64,000 bases of DNA from Dehalococcoidia bacterium (GTDB lineage Bacteria; Chloroflexota; Dehalococcoidia; Lucifugimonadales; UBA3495). Where the stretch lies: contig JAKUNL010000003.1 in the NCBI GenBank assembly GCA_022451925.1, positions 17,939 to 81,938 of the forward strand, in the 5' to 3' direction. Positions 28,924 to 38,343 of the stretch are shown one piece after another (positions within the stretch are counted from its first letter, which is position 1; every line of letters starts with the position of its first letter). Under the pieces are notes generated by a model. The model was not told the DNA's origin, made no database searches, and saw only the letters and a program-made list of their open reading frames with translations. The position numbers and the translations under genes are program-made.

Positions 28924-29961
28924 TCAGATTGCCAAAATGTCCGGCATAATTCCTTTTAATCCCATAAGAGTTTCCTTAGTTCCGGAATAAATCGACGTTC
29001 CAGGTCTTCTTATAGCAGCTATATTCATACTCACACTTCCAAACCCCATTTCCTTTAACGATCTGAATTTCTCCAAGCATTCAGACGGGGTTCCGGCAAT
29101 GGTAAACAAATCTATCAACTCTGGACCTACCAGTTCATTTAGGTCATCCGGATAAGTTACGTCGGGTTGAAAGTACCAACCACTAGCAAGCGATGCTGAA
29201 CGCTTGATTGAATCGTATCGCCACTTTTCCATGATCGATTCATCGTAATCGCCCAGAGTAGAATAATGGGCGGTATAAAGGACCACGCTTTTCAGAGCAA
29301 TGTCACGGTCTTTAGAAATGCAGACAGTGACCCTGGGCGATATCGTTACATCATTGTGGGACCTGCCCACTTCGTCGGAAGCCCCATGAATCCAAGATAC
29401 GTATTTAGAGAGCGCATGATCAGAGATTTCTCTGGTACCAACGACCACTTCATCAGCCAGCCTGCCAGCCATTTTACAAACGCGCTCACTTCTACTACCG
29501 ACGATAATTGGAACTTCTCCGACAATGTCTTTCGGTAAACCTAAATCCCCGACTGAAAAGTAGTTACCGCTAAATGCTGCACTGTTTCCATTTAATAGCG
29601 CTTTAAACGTTAATATAAATTCTTCTAATACCTCCGCAGGTTTTGATTTAACGTAACCTAGTTGAGATATCCCGGAGCCGACCCCAATCCCCAAAAACAT
29701 TCTTTTGTTAGATATTTCATTGAGAGTAGCGAAGCTTGCCGCAACAGAAACAGGATGTCTTAAATAGGGATTGGTTACTAATGGTCCTATCATTACGCGA
29801 TGAGTGTGCTCGGCGCATATAGCCATAGTTGTATAGACGTCCCTAAAGAGTACAACGTCCGAAATACCAAGGCGGTCTGCTCCAGATTGATCAACGATCT
29901 GGGCTAATTCTAATGTTTCAGCTGTGCTTGAAACAGGAGTTAATTCAATCTCGACTTTCAT
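28924..29961 (-). CDS. Luciferase-like monooxygenase (LLM) class oxidoreductase, probably F420-dependent
   Basis: 345 aa with GADRLGISD, GPLVTNPYLRHPVSVAASFATLNEIS and FLGIGVG. Composition is AT-rich. Confidence 0.75.
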   Translation of the reverse strand: MKVEIELTPVSSTAETLELAQIVDQSGADRLGISDVVLFRDVYTTMAICAEHTHRVMIGPLVTNPYLRHPVSVAASFATLNEISNKRMFLGIGVGSGISQLGYVKSKPAEVLEEFILTFKALLNGNSAAFSGNYFSVGDLGLPKDIVGEVPIIVGSRSERVCKMAGRLADEVVVGTREISDHALSKYVSWIHGASDEVGRSHNDVTISPRVTVCISKDRDIALKSVVLYTAHYSTLGDYDESIMEKWRYDSIKRSASLASGWYFQPDVTYPDDLNELVGPELIDLFTIAGTPSECLEKFRSLKEMGFGSVSMNIAAIRRPGTSIYSGTKETLMGLKGIMPDILAI

Positions 29962-30063
29962 ACAAGTTTTAATCCATTAAATATTTGTAGTAAATAACCT
30001 CGATTAACCGGAAGCCTAAAATAAATTTAATTTATTGATTAACCTCTATCAAACCATGTAACG

Positions 30064-31314
30064 CTACCATGCATCATTTAATATTTGAGATGCTCTTTCA
30101 GCCAACGTACGAGCAAGTGGCTCAGAGCCGTGAGAATTTTGGTTACTAAATTCAAACGACAATCTGTCTAGTCCATTCTTGGGGACACCTACGTCGCGTA
30201 AGCGAGTCGGCAAACTTAACTGGACAATAAGATGTTCCACGCGGTCAATCAAACTAATTGACTCGCCCTCGTTGATTTGGTCAGAAACATTATGTTGAAA
30301 ACGCATCAGGTCACTAGAAATCTGGTCAATCCGATTTTTAAGTGTCCGATCACGATCCGCATAGTGTCGTAAACACGATACTAGTGTGGTCGCCGCAATC
30401 AGACCGTAAGGGACCTTGTATTCTGCCGCGATTTGATAAGCAAGCGCATGACCATACAGAATATTAGGGTTGCTGGTTCTAGGTCTAACACGCATTGGAG
30501 AATGGTCTGCCATCCAACTCGCAACCTGACAGAACTCTCTAGCGGCGTCTATGTTAGGTGAATCTGGAACACCTACACTAACAGGCAGATGTTCCAGTAG
30601 GTTTGCAGCCGATGTCAGCTTCAATGAATCGGAAATCATATTTGGTGGAGACGTAACTAAAACTTCAATTGCATGGTTCAATGCCATCACTCCACTGGAT
30701 GCCCAGAGCTGAGAAGGAGTATCTCTAGTCGCAACTGGGTCATACAATATAGTCTGCGACGAACAAAGGGATTCTGTGAGTGATAGTTTCTTTTTATTAG
30801 AGAAATCTGTAACGCTGAAACTCCGCGTATACTCTGCTCCAGAGAGGGTAGTCGGGATACTAATTTGGGTACAAGGCGGAGTATCCAGGGTATTCGGTGA
30901 GTGAATGAAGTCGACAATCTCTTTATGATTACGCATCCCAAGAGCATTGAAAACGCGCAATCCTTTCGCTAGGTCGATTGTACTTCCCCCTCCCAAAGCT
31001 ATCACGACATCAAATTTATGCTCCCCAATCTGAGTAATCAGATTTAGTAGCGCTTCTATTGGTACATGTTCCGCTGAAACCGAAATCTGATTTACTGTTA
31101 GATCTTTAAGTAACGATTTTATGAGTTCCACTATTTTGCTGGACTTCATAGAATTAGGTGTGATCAACAGAATTTCATGAGCACCAGTTAGATTAATCTC
31201 AGAAGCGAGAGATTCCTCAATCACATTTTTGCCAAATAAAATTGTTGAGACAGTTGGTAAAAACTGCACTGTCCCACCTTCAATATCACCGAACCGTACA
31301 CGATTAGAAATCAT
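30064..31314 (-). CDS. Iron-containing alcohol dehydrogenase family protein (maleylacetate-reductase-like)
   Basis: 416 aa with VIALGGGSTIDLAKG and later His-rich metal-site helices (NHAIEVL, YGHALAYQI). Composition is AT-rich. Confidence 0.8.
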   Translation of the reverse strand: MISNRVRFGDIEGGTVQFLPTVSTILFGKNVIEESLASEINLTGAHEILLITPNSMKSSKIVELIKSLLKDLTVNQISVSAEHVPIEALLNLITQIGEHKFDVVIALGGGSTIDLAKGLRVFNALGMRNHKEIVDFIHSPNTLDTPPCTQISIPTTLSGAEYTRSFSVTDFSNKKKLSLTESLCSSQTILYDPVATRDTPSQLWASSGVMALNHAIEVLVTSPPNMISDSLKLTSAANLLEHLPVSVGVPDSPNIDAAREFCQVASWMADHSPMRVRPRTSNPNILYGHALAYQIAAEYKVPYGLIAATTLVSCLRHYADRDRTLKNRIDQISSDLMRFQHNVSDQINEGESISLIDRVEHLIVQLSLPTRLRDVGVPKNGLDRLSFEFSNQNSHGSEPLARTLAERASQILNDAW

Positions 31315-31364
31315 AATTGGTTTTCAAATCTCTTTTGAAATTAAAAAAACGACTATCACTTGGC

Positions 31365-31410
31365 GATTACTATATTCGCTTAACTACCTGAACAAGCGAA
31401 TATAGTAATC
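31365..31410. repeat. Perfect 17-bp inverted repeat between the SDR39-SRPBCC gene and the Fe-ADH gene
   Basis: GATTACTATATTCGCTT-aactacctgaac-AAGCGAATATAGTAATC. It lies 51 nt upstream of the Fe-ADH start codon. It could be an operator or an intercistronic RNA hairpin. Confidence 0.6.
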
Positions 31411-31645
31411 AGAAACATAAATTCACCGCTCAGCAGGATATACCACCTGCAGCACCTCAAGTCTCTAGTTAAATAGTATATGGGTGCTCGCCTGATTTAA
31501 GTTCATAAGCTATAGCAGTTCTGTAGTGGAGTACTTATTCTACGGGCCGTTTGTTTTGGCGAATATAAATATCGGCCAATACGACAATCCAGTGAGATAT
31601 TTATTGCATCGCCATTCAATAACGAGTCATGCGAAAAGTCGATTA

Positions 31646-33022
31646 TTACGCAGATGTTGGCTCGTCGTTCAGCAACAAATTCAATTTGTGTTGTCGATAA
31701 CTGAATATACGTTCTATATCTCGTCGGACAAATAATTTATCAACAATTGACCCGCCAGGCGAGTTGTACCGCACGGTATCCCTTACTAAAGTTGCTCCTC
31801 CCGATGGCTGAAATTCATGCGTGTGTTCCCAATGACGATACGGACCTTTTTTCTGTACGTCCACGAAAAAACGTGGCGGGTCCCATTCAGTGATTTCTGA
31901 TTGCCATCTAATTGGGATCCTGTGAACACGGAGCTTGTAATCTATAATTGCCCCTAAACCAACGCTGAGCGGTTGGGGAGAGATGATCTTAAAATTTAGC
32001 CAAGGCGGGGTAAGCTCTTCCAAGTTTGCAGGGTCTGAGAAAAACTCAAACACCTTATCTATAGCCACATCGACCAACATTTCAGTTTGAAATACTTTCA
32101 AACCATTCTGGTTACGCTGTCCTCTCTGGATAAGGTCTGTTAATGCTTGAGACAGAGAAGGAAACAAGAACTGATATCCACTAGTACTACTTGTTGCTCT
32201 ACGACTAGATATTAGTTCACACGACATCTCGCCGATTATTGCTCGCAATAGGAATTTAGGAATTTGAAACACTCTAGGCCGACTCAACACCTTAGCTAAA
32301 GTGTCTGCAAATTGAGTTTGGGTGACTTCCTCTGGGGCAACAGCGTTTATCGCAGAGGTTGGTGGGTCTGTTTTTAAAGCATGGTTGATTATCCCTACAG
32401 CATCATCGACATGAATCCATGGCCACCACTGAGAACCATCTCCGATTTTTAATCCAAGGCCTAAGTTCCATGGCAATAACAGCTTTTTTAAAGCACCTCC
32501 TCGATCACTTAGAATCATGCCCAATCTGAGTGACGTACTTTGGATTCCGGCTTCAGTGAGTGGTTCCAGCGAACTCTCCCATCTATCTACCACATCAGAT
32601 AGAAAACCATGACCACGGTTTGAATATTCTGTAAGTTGTTCATCTCCTCGGTCGCCGTAATAACCCACTGCACTAGCGGATACCAGCTTAGTGGGAGGGA
32701 GGTCCATAGACTTCAATGCCGAAACAAGGTTACTTGTACCCAATACTCGACTTTGAAGTATTCGATCTTTTTTTGTTTTAGTCCATCTCCCCTGAACTGA
32801 TTCTCCCGCTAGATGAACAACGGCATCTGATTGTTCTAAACTTTTCAGCGGAGGCATGCATTTAGAAGGGTTCCAATGAAACACGTCAACATTTAATGGA
32901 AGAATGTTTTTCGCATGCTGTACATTTCTTGTAAGAACTGCGACCGAATCTCCGTTAATGATCAATTGGGATATTAAGGCCTTACCAAGTAAGCCTGTGG
33001 CTCCTGTAACTACTACTCTCAT
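31646..33022 (-). CDS. TIGR01777-type epimerase-family SDR (with DUF1731) fused to a C-terminal SRPBCC (cyclase/dehydrase-like) domain
   Basis: N-terminal VVTGATGLLGKAL, HLAGE, SAVGYYG and GDGSQWWPWIHVDD. The C-terminal about 150 aa read VFEFFSDPANLEELTPPWLNFKI...GPYRHWEHTHEF. Confidence 0.8.
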   Translation of the reverse strand: MRVVVTGATGLLGKALISQLIINGDSVAVLTRNVQHAKNILPLNVDVFHWNPSKCMPPLKSLEQSDAVVHLAGESVQGRWTKTKKDRILQSRVLGTSNLVSALKSMDLPPTKLVSASAVGYYGDRGDEQLTEYSNRGHGFLSDVVDRWESSLEPLTEAGIQSTSLRLGMILSDRGGALKKLLLPWNLGLGLKIGDGSQWWPWIHVDDAVGIINHALKTDPPTSAINAVAPEEVTQTQFADTLAKVLSRPRVFQIPKFLLRAIIGEMSCELISSRRATSSTSGYQFLFPSLSQALTDLIQRGQRNQNGLKVFQTEMLVDVAIDKVFEFFSDPANLEELTPPWLNFKIISPQPLSVGLGAIIDYKLRVHRIPIRWQSEITEWDPPRFFVDVQKKGPYRHWEHTHEFQPSGGATLVRDTVRYNSPGGSIVDKLFVRRDIERIFSYRQHKLNLLLNDEPTSA

Positions 33023-33408
33023 AGATATACCTGTTCTTGATTTTATTCATGACCACCTAACGTCATAGGCATCGATCACCAACGGGCTTTAATTGATTCT
33101 CTCATTTATTTTATTAAATCTCTAAGAGTATCGATGCAAATATAGTACCTAGTCGGTATTCATCTCATTCAGTGGTTTGATAATGTGAGCAATTATTTAA
33201 GGCCAACTAATATCGATATCAGAGCAGCACCAGTACCCAGTCGAACCCTAATCAGCGAATCATAATCAACTCCCGCCATTGCAAATCGAGACTGCTACTA
33301 CGCGGCTAAATCCAGCTACGAAACGTTTTTACGATTGATCTACAGCATCAATTCAAGCACATAATCGCCGGAACATTAATCACAGACCAGCTTGTTTGAT
33401 ATTTAATA

Positions 33409-33437
33409 TTGACATCCTTTGATGCAAATTATTAAAT
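33409..33437 (+). promoter_or_regulatory. Candidate promoter of the DUF1800-DUF1501-NHL operon
   Basis: TTGACA (33409-33414), a 17-nt spacer, then TTAAAT (33432-33437), about 90 nt upstream of the ATG at 33526, which has a GGAAGGAGG SD. Confidence 0.35.
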
Positions 33438-33525
33438 GTCGTCATATTTCTCGATCAAAACAGTCACAATCACTTTAGCTAACAATAAAACAAACGCTCT
33501 AAACCCCATTTGGAAGGAGGAATGA

Positions 33526-34950
33526 ATGCCGAATCAAGATATAGCTTTGATGGCCCACCTTCTGCGCCGCGCTGGTTATGGCGCAAGTCGAGATGAAATC
33601 GAATCCAGAGTCGCCCAAGGCTACGACAACGTAGTCGCAGAACTTTTAAACCCAGGAGACGACCCCGGGATAGACGAAGACCTAATGTATCGTGCCTACC
33701 CTTCCTACTTCGACAAGGCCGCCATTGAAACTGGTCAAACGGAATGGGTCTACCGGATGATCAACAACAAATACCAGCTGAAAGAAAAAATGTCCCTCTT
33801 CTGGCACACCATACTCTGCGCTGGCGACAATAAAGTGGACAACGCTCGCACCACCGCGATTCAAATTGACAAGTTCCGAGACATGGGCATGGGTAACTTC
33901 AAAGAGATACTAATGATGTTATCAACCGACCCAGCCATGCTCTACTACCTGGACAACATCGAAAGCCACAAGACAGCAGTCAACGAGAACTACGGTCGTG
34001 AATTATTAGAACTGTTCTCCATCGGCGTCGGTATGGACGGGGAGTCCAACTACACAGAAGATGATGTTAAGGCCTGCGCACGTGCCTTCACGGGCTGGAA
34101 CCTGGCTCCTACGATCCCCGTCTTCCCTTATGGTCGGACACCTTTTGAGTTCCGATTCGATCCGGCAGACCATGACTATGGGGAGAAAACTTTCCTAGGC
34201 GAGACCGGAAACTGGGACGGCGAAGATATCGTAAACATCATATGCAAACAACCGGCCACCGCCAGATTCGTCTCCCGTAAACTCTACGACTTCTTTGTGG
34301 CGGACGAGCCGCCAGTACCAGCTTGGACGTTGAGTCCTCCCAGAGACATGGATGCCATCAAACAATTAGAGAAGGCTTATTTCGACTCCGGATATGAAAT
34401 TACCGCAATGCTCACTGTCCTCTTCAACTCGGACTTCTTCAAGGATGAGGCAGTCCGGTTTGCCAAGGTAAAGAGTCCCGCTGACGTAGTTATCGGGACC
34501 ATGCGCATGGTGGGGGACCATATGGAGCCCAAACCAGGCCTGTTCTTTGTCGCCATGGAACCCAAGTACATGGGTCTGGATCTAATGAACCCACCCACGG
34601 TCGAGGGGTGGCATATGGGCCGTGAATGGATAAACAGTGGCAGCCTCATCGACCGCATCAACTTCGCATCTTCCATGCTCGGCAATACTGAACTGCCAGG
34701 TGTCCGGTCTATTATCGACCGACTTATGGCCTTGAACGAAGTCCCAAGCTCTGAACAGTTCCTAGATGGCTGCCTCGATCTAGTAGGCCCGATGTCCCTG
34801 GCCGACGAAACCCGCAATCAATTGAAAGAACACCTGGATGCCGGTGGAGCCCTGAATCATCGCACTGATTCTGAGCAAAAAGAATTCTCTCGCCGCGCTG
34901 GCGAAACTTTACAAATGATTGCTACAACCTCGGAATTCCAATTCGGTTAG
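33526..34950 (+). CDS. DUF1800 family protein
   Basis: 474 aa with the family-typical N-terminus AHLLRRAGYGASRDEI, plus FWHTIL and NYGRELLELFSIGVG. No signal peptide is visible. Confidence 0.8.
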   Translation: MPNQDIALMAHLLRRAGYGASRDEIESRVAQGYDNVVAELLNPGDDPGIDEDLMYRAYPSYFDKAAIETGQTEWVYRMINNKYQLKEKMSLFWHTILCAGDNKVDNARTTAIQIDKFRDMGMGNFKEILMMLSTDPAMLYYLDNIESHKTAVNENYGRELLELFSIGVGMDGESNYTEDDVKACARAFTGWNLAPTIPVFPYGRTPFEFRFDPADHDYGEKTFLGETGNWDGEDIVNIICKQPATARFVSRKLYDFFVADEPPVPAWTLSPPRDMDAIKQLEKAYFDSGYEITAMLTVLFNSDFFKDEAVRFAKVKSPADVVIGTMRMVGDHMEPKPGLFFVAMEPKYMGLDLMNPPTVEGWHMGREWINSGSLIDRINFASSMLGNTELPGVRSIIDRLMALNEVPSSEQFLDGCLDLVGPMSLADETRNQLKEHLDAGGALNHRTDSEQKEFSRRAGETLQMIATTSEFQFG

Positions 34951-35028
34951 AGCCCAAGTTAGGCTACTCAATTATAAAAACAAACCCAGATTAAACCAGC
35001 CATAAGGCTGCGGGCCGGAGGATTAAAG

Positions 35029-36165
35029 ATGGTATCAACAGTAAAAGATCCGGTATTGGCAGTGATGTCACTGTCCGGCGGAAATGACGGACTGAATACG
35101 GTTATTCCTTACAATAATTCCAAGTACCGGGATTATCGCCCCTCTCTCAGCATCGCCTCAGAGTCAATCATCCCAATCAACGACCAATTGGGCCTCCACC
35201 CAGCCATGGCACCACTGAAGAAATATTGGGATGAAGGCCATCTGGCAATCATAGTGGGCGTTGGCTACCCCAATGGCAGCCTATCGCACTTCCGCTCAAT
35301 GGACATCTGGGCCACCTGCGAGCCTGACGAATTAGGACTCACTGGATGGCTAGGCAGCGTTATACACGATGTAGACCCCAGGGGCGAAAATGTGCTTACT
35401 GGAGTTAACTTTGGTCGCGGTCTACCCAGGTCATTGGCCAAAGAAGGCGTGGCAGTGGCCTCCGTTGGTGATCTCAGCACCTACGGGCTACTAACAGATA
35501 TGGGAATCGAGGACCAACGAGCCGAAGCCCTCGACCTCTTCGGGCGCATGTACGCTCCGGCCATCGGCCAAGGAGCAGTAGACGACTATATCCGCCGAAC
35601 CGGGATAGAGGCCTTACAGGGAGCTGACATACTCAGTGCTGCTCCCGGCCTGTACACGTCAGATGTTGAATACGCCAGCACTGCCATGGGCGGCTACCTG
35701 CGGGATATGGCACAGGTGCACAACGCCGACTTCGGCACCAGGGTGATGTTCACCACTGCCCCATATAACATTTTCGACACCCACGCCAATCAATCGGTGG
35801 GTCACGCCAATCTATTGCAGGACGTGTCCGTTAATGTCGACGCTTTTATCACAGACCTGCGCCAACTAGGGAAAAGCGACAACTTAACATTATTCTTCTA
35901 TTCTGAGTTCGGAAGGCGCGCTATGGACAACGGGTCCGGAACCGACCACGGAACCGGCGGGGTGGCCTTTGCAATCGGTGATCACGTAAAGGGCGGCATC
36001 TATGGCGAATACCCATCGCTAGAAGAAGGCAAGTTGGAAGATGGCGGCAACCTTCAACACAACGTGGACTTCCGTTCCCCCTACACCACGTTGCTTGACC
36101 GCTGGATGGGCCTGGATGCTAAATCAATCGTCGGCGGCGACTTTGAAACCCTTGATTTCATCTAA
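35029..36165 (+). CDS. DUF1501 family protein (sulfatase/alkaline-phosphatase-fold-like)
   Basis: 378 aa with LSGGNDGLNTVIPY, HFRSMDIW, FDTHANQ, EFGRR and GTDHGTGG. There is no Tat or Sec signal. The upstream in-frame sequence is closed by a TAA 18 codons before the ATG, with no ATG/GTG/TTG start codon in between. Confidence 0.8.
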   Translation: MVSTVKDPVLAVMSLSGGNDGLNTVIPYNNSKYRDYRPSLSIASESIIPINDQLGLHPAMAPLKKYWDEGHLAIIVGVGYPNGSLSHFRSMDIWATCEPDELGLTGWLGSVIHDVDPRGENVLTGVNFGRGLPRSLAKEGVAVASVGDLSTYGLLTDMGIEDQRAEALDLFGRMYAPAIGQGAVDDYIRRTGIEALQGADILSAAPGLYTSDVEYASTAMGGYLRDMAQVHNADFGTRVMFTTAPYNIFDTHANQSVGHANLLQDVSVNVDAFITDLRQLGKSDNLTLFFYSEFGRRAMDNGSGTDHGTGGVAFAIGDHVKGGIYGEYPSLEEGKLEDGGNLQHNVDFRSPYTTLLDRWMGLDAKSIVGGDFETLDFI

Positions 36166-36233
36166 AGAGTTGATCCTCCCAGAGATTTATAATCTCCTGG
36201 AAGGACAGCTCAACAACGAACAGGAGAATGGAA

Positions 36234-37295
36234 ATGGCTAGTGTATTCCTGGGAATCAATGACCGGACGTTCACCTACAGCTTCACTGCTGGGCGCTCCG
36301 AGTTCCAGGGCACCGGATTCCGCAATCCAATGGACTTTGCATTGGGGCCCGATGACCTGGTTTATGTCGTAAACCGTTCCTATGAGTCACGCTCAGACGG
36401 TACTCGAATAAACTTGTTCCGCATTGGGGAAGACAAAGAAGAATACATCACTGAATTCGGCTCCTACGGGGAGGAAGCAGGCCAGTTCATCTGGCCGATG
36501 TCCATAGCCTTAGACAAAGACACCAACGTCTACGTGACTGATGAGTGGACTCACCGTGTCACCGTATATAACAAGGACGGTGAATACCTCAACCACTGGG
36601 GCATCCATGGATCAGGAGACGGAGAGCTTAACCGGCCATCCGGTATCACCATCAGCCCTGACAACACGGTCTTCGTTGTGGACAGCCGCAACAACCGAGT
36701 TCAGAAGTTCACCCTTGATGGCGCGTTCCTAGGCAAGTTCGGCCACAAAGGTTCAGACGACGGCGAGCTGGACACCCCCTGGGGGATTTGCCTGGACAAA
36801 GACGGCAACGTGTTCGTAGCCGACTGGCGAAACGACCGAGTTCAATCATTTACTAGCAACGGAAAATGGCTAGCATCCTTCGGGAGGCCAGGCACAGGCG
36901 GTGATTGTACCTTCGCCAAAGAGCAGGGCGGCATGGTCTACGTCGATGCCCCTGTTGGTCAGTTCAACCGACCTTCAGGCGTTTGTGTCGACAACGACGG
37001 CGATATCTACGTCGCTGACTGGCTCAATAACCGAGTTCAAGTATTGACTGCCGAGGGCCGCTTCATAACAGAGTTCACTGGCGATGCTGCACTATCCAGC
37101 CTAGGAATCGACAAGATCAAATCCAACCCAGACATGATTCGCCAACGGAACGGAGTACGGGACTTCACACCTGAGAAAGTGCTCTGGGCACCTTGTGCAG
37201 TACGCGTAGACCACCGTGGCCGCGTCCTCATAGCAGACACATCCCGACACCGATTCCAAGTGTATCAAAAAAATACGGAACCTCAGCTGATTTAA
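36234..37295 (+). CDS. NHL-repeat beta-propeller protein
   Basis: It has six repeats of the type F..P.G(I/V)..D..G.(I/V)YV(A/T)D..N.R(V/I)Q.F. The start is either the ATG at 36228 or the ATG at 36234; the second has better spacing to AGGAGA. Confidence 0.8.
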   Translation: MASVFLGINDRTFTYSFTAGRSEFQGTGFRNPMDFALGPDDLVYVVNRSYESRSDGTRINLFRIGEDKEEYITEFGSYGEEAGQFIWPMSIALDKDTNVYVTDEWTHRVTVYNKDGEYLNHWGIHGSGDGELNRPSGITISPDNTVFVVDSRNNRVQKFTLDGAFLGKFGHKGSDDGELDTPWGICLDKDGNVFVADWRNDRVQSFTSNGKWLASFGRPGTGGDCTFAKEQGGMVYVDAPVGQFNRPSGVCVDNDGDIYVADWLNNRVQVLTAEGRFITEFTGDAALSSLGIDKIKSNPDMIRQRNGVRDFTPEKVLWAPCAVRVDHRGRVLIADTSRHRFQVYQKNTEPQLI

Positions 37296-37321
37296 ACGGC
37301 AACAGTAATCAAAATGGCAAC

Positions 37322-37366
37322 AAACAGGTGATTGGATAAGTGCACTCAATCACCTGTTTATATTTA
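37322..37366 (+). terminator. Terminator-like hairpin after the NHL gene
   Basis: AAACAGGTGATTG-gataagtgcact-CAATCACCTGTTT is a perfect 13-bp stem followed by ATATTT. It lies 27 nt after the stop codon. Confidence 0.55.
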
Positions 37367-37889
37367 ACGAAAATACACTAGTTGCCGTCTGCCTTTCCTA
37401 CAACTAAATTCACTCAACTTATTTCGCTATGCTCACAGACCGAAATATAAGAATGATGTGAGCCAAATACCTGAGTAAGCTTCTCAAGGATTTCAGACAA
37501 AACAAATTAGTGCAGTATTAAATAGATTCCTTTGATAAAGTCAGAGAGAACCCGTATACCAGTCTCAAATTATCATTTCAGATTCGATTATTTGGCCTAG
37601 ATTTATTAACAAAAGAGGGATATATTTCTCAGGCTGCAAGTTGCTCTGATTTCGTTTCTGATCCGGCCTCCAAGGAATTCATCTGCAAGGTTAGCTCTAA
37701 AATGGACGCAGCAATCAGACAATTTGGGGCTAGAACACCCATCCAAGACTAGCAGGGCCAGGCCGCAGACCGGCCCCGCTTTCCCCTCTACATAGCATGC
37801 CGTATAATGTAGTCGCCTCTTTTATAAGGGGACTAATCTCTATTCCGATTGACCATGCCCATCGGACAACCCAACGGAAGTGACCAATA

Positions 37890-38339
37890 ATGGAAGTAGT
37901 TTTCACCCAGGACGTCCCCAACAAGGCCAGAGCCGGAGAGGTTCGTCGTGTGCCGGACGGGTACGCCCGTAACTATCTTTTACCCCAAGGCCTGGCAGAG
38001 ATTGCCACAGAAGAAGTAAAAAAGCGGATTCACAAGATTACCGCCGTCGGTGACGAGATTCGCGTTCGCGAAACCGCCATTATGGAAGAACTGGCAAAGG
38101 GTATGGACGACGTTACCATCACCCTCACCGCAAGAATCACCCCCAATGGACGTTACTACGGCGCCATTACCAGCACTCATATCGCCATGGAACTAGCCGA
38201 AAAGCTTGGCAGAGAAGTGGAGCGTCGATGGATTGAGATAGCAGAACCCATCCGGGAACCCGGTGAGTATGATGTAACCCTCCGGTTCTCGACCGAAGTC
38301 AGCGCCACGATTCACGTCAACGCGGAGATAGAAGAATAG
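37890..38339 (+). CDS. rplI: 50S ribosomal protein L9
   Basis: 149 aa with MEVVFTQDVPNKARAGEVRRVPDGYARNYLLPQGLA. Confidence 0.95.
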   Translation: MEVVFTQDVPNKARAGEVRRVPDGYARNYLLPQGLAEIATEEVKKRIHKITAVGDEIRVRETAIMEELAKGMDDVTITLTARITPNGRYYGAITSTHIAMELAEKLGREVERRWIEIAEPIREPGEYDVTLRFSTEVSATIHVNAEIEE

Positions 38340-38343
38340 GAAA

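Noticed and set aside
24865-37300. Integrative island or prophage inserted at tRNA-Arg/tRNA-Pro
   Set aside because: No integrase, excisionase, transposase or phage gene appears in any frame. I could not find a direct repeat of either tRNA 3' end downstream; only a 7-nt TTCGATT match lies near 37585. Only the compositional anomaly is kept as a finding.
37727-37790. tmRNA/SRP-RNA-like start (GGGGCT...)
   Set aside because: There is no tRNA-like 3' end (no TTCGA loop or ACCA), no tag-peptide frame and no SRP domain-IV motif. It is most likely just a GC hairpin upstream of the rplI promoter.
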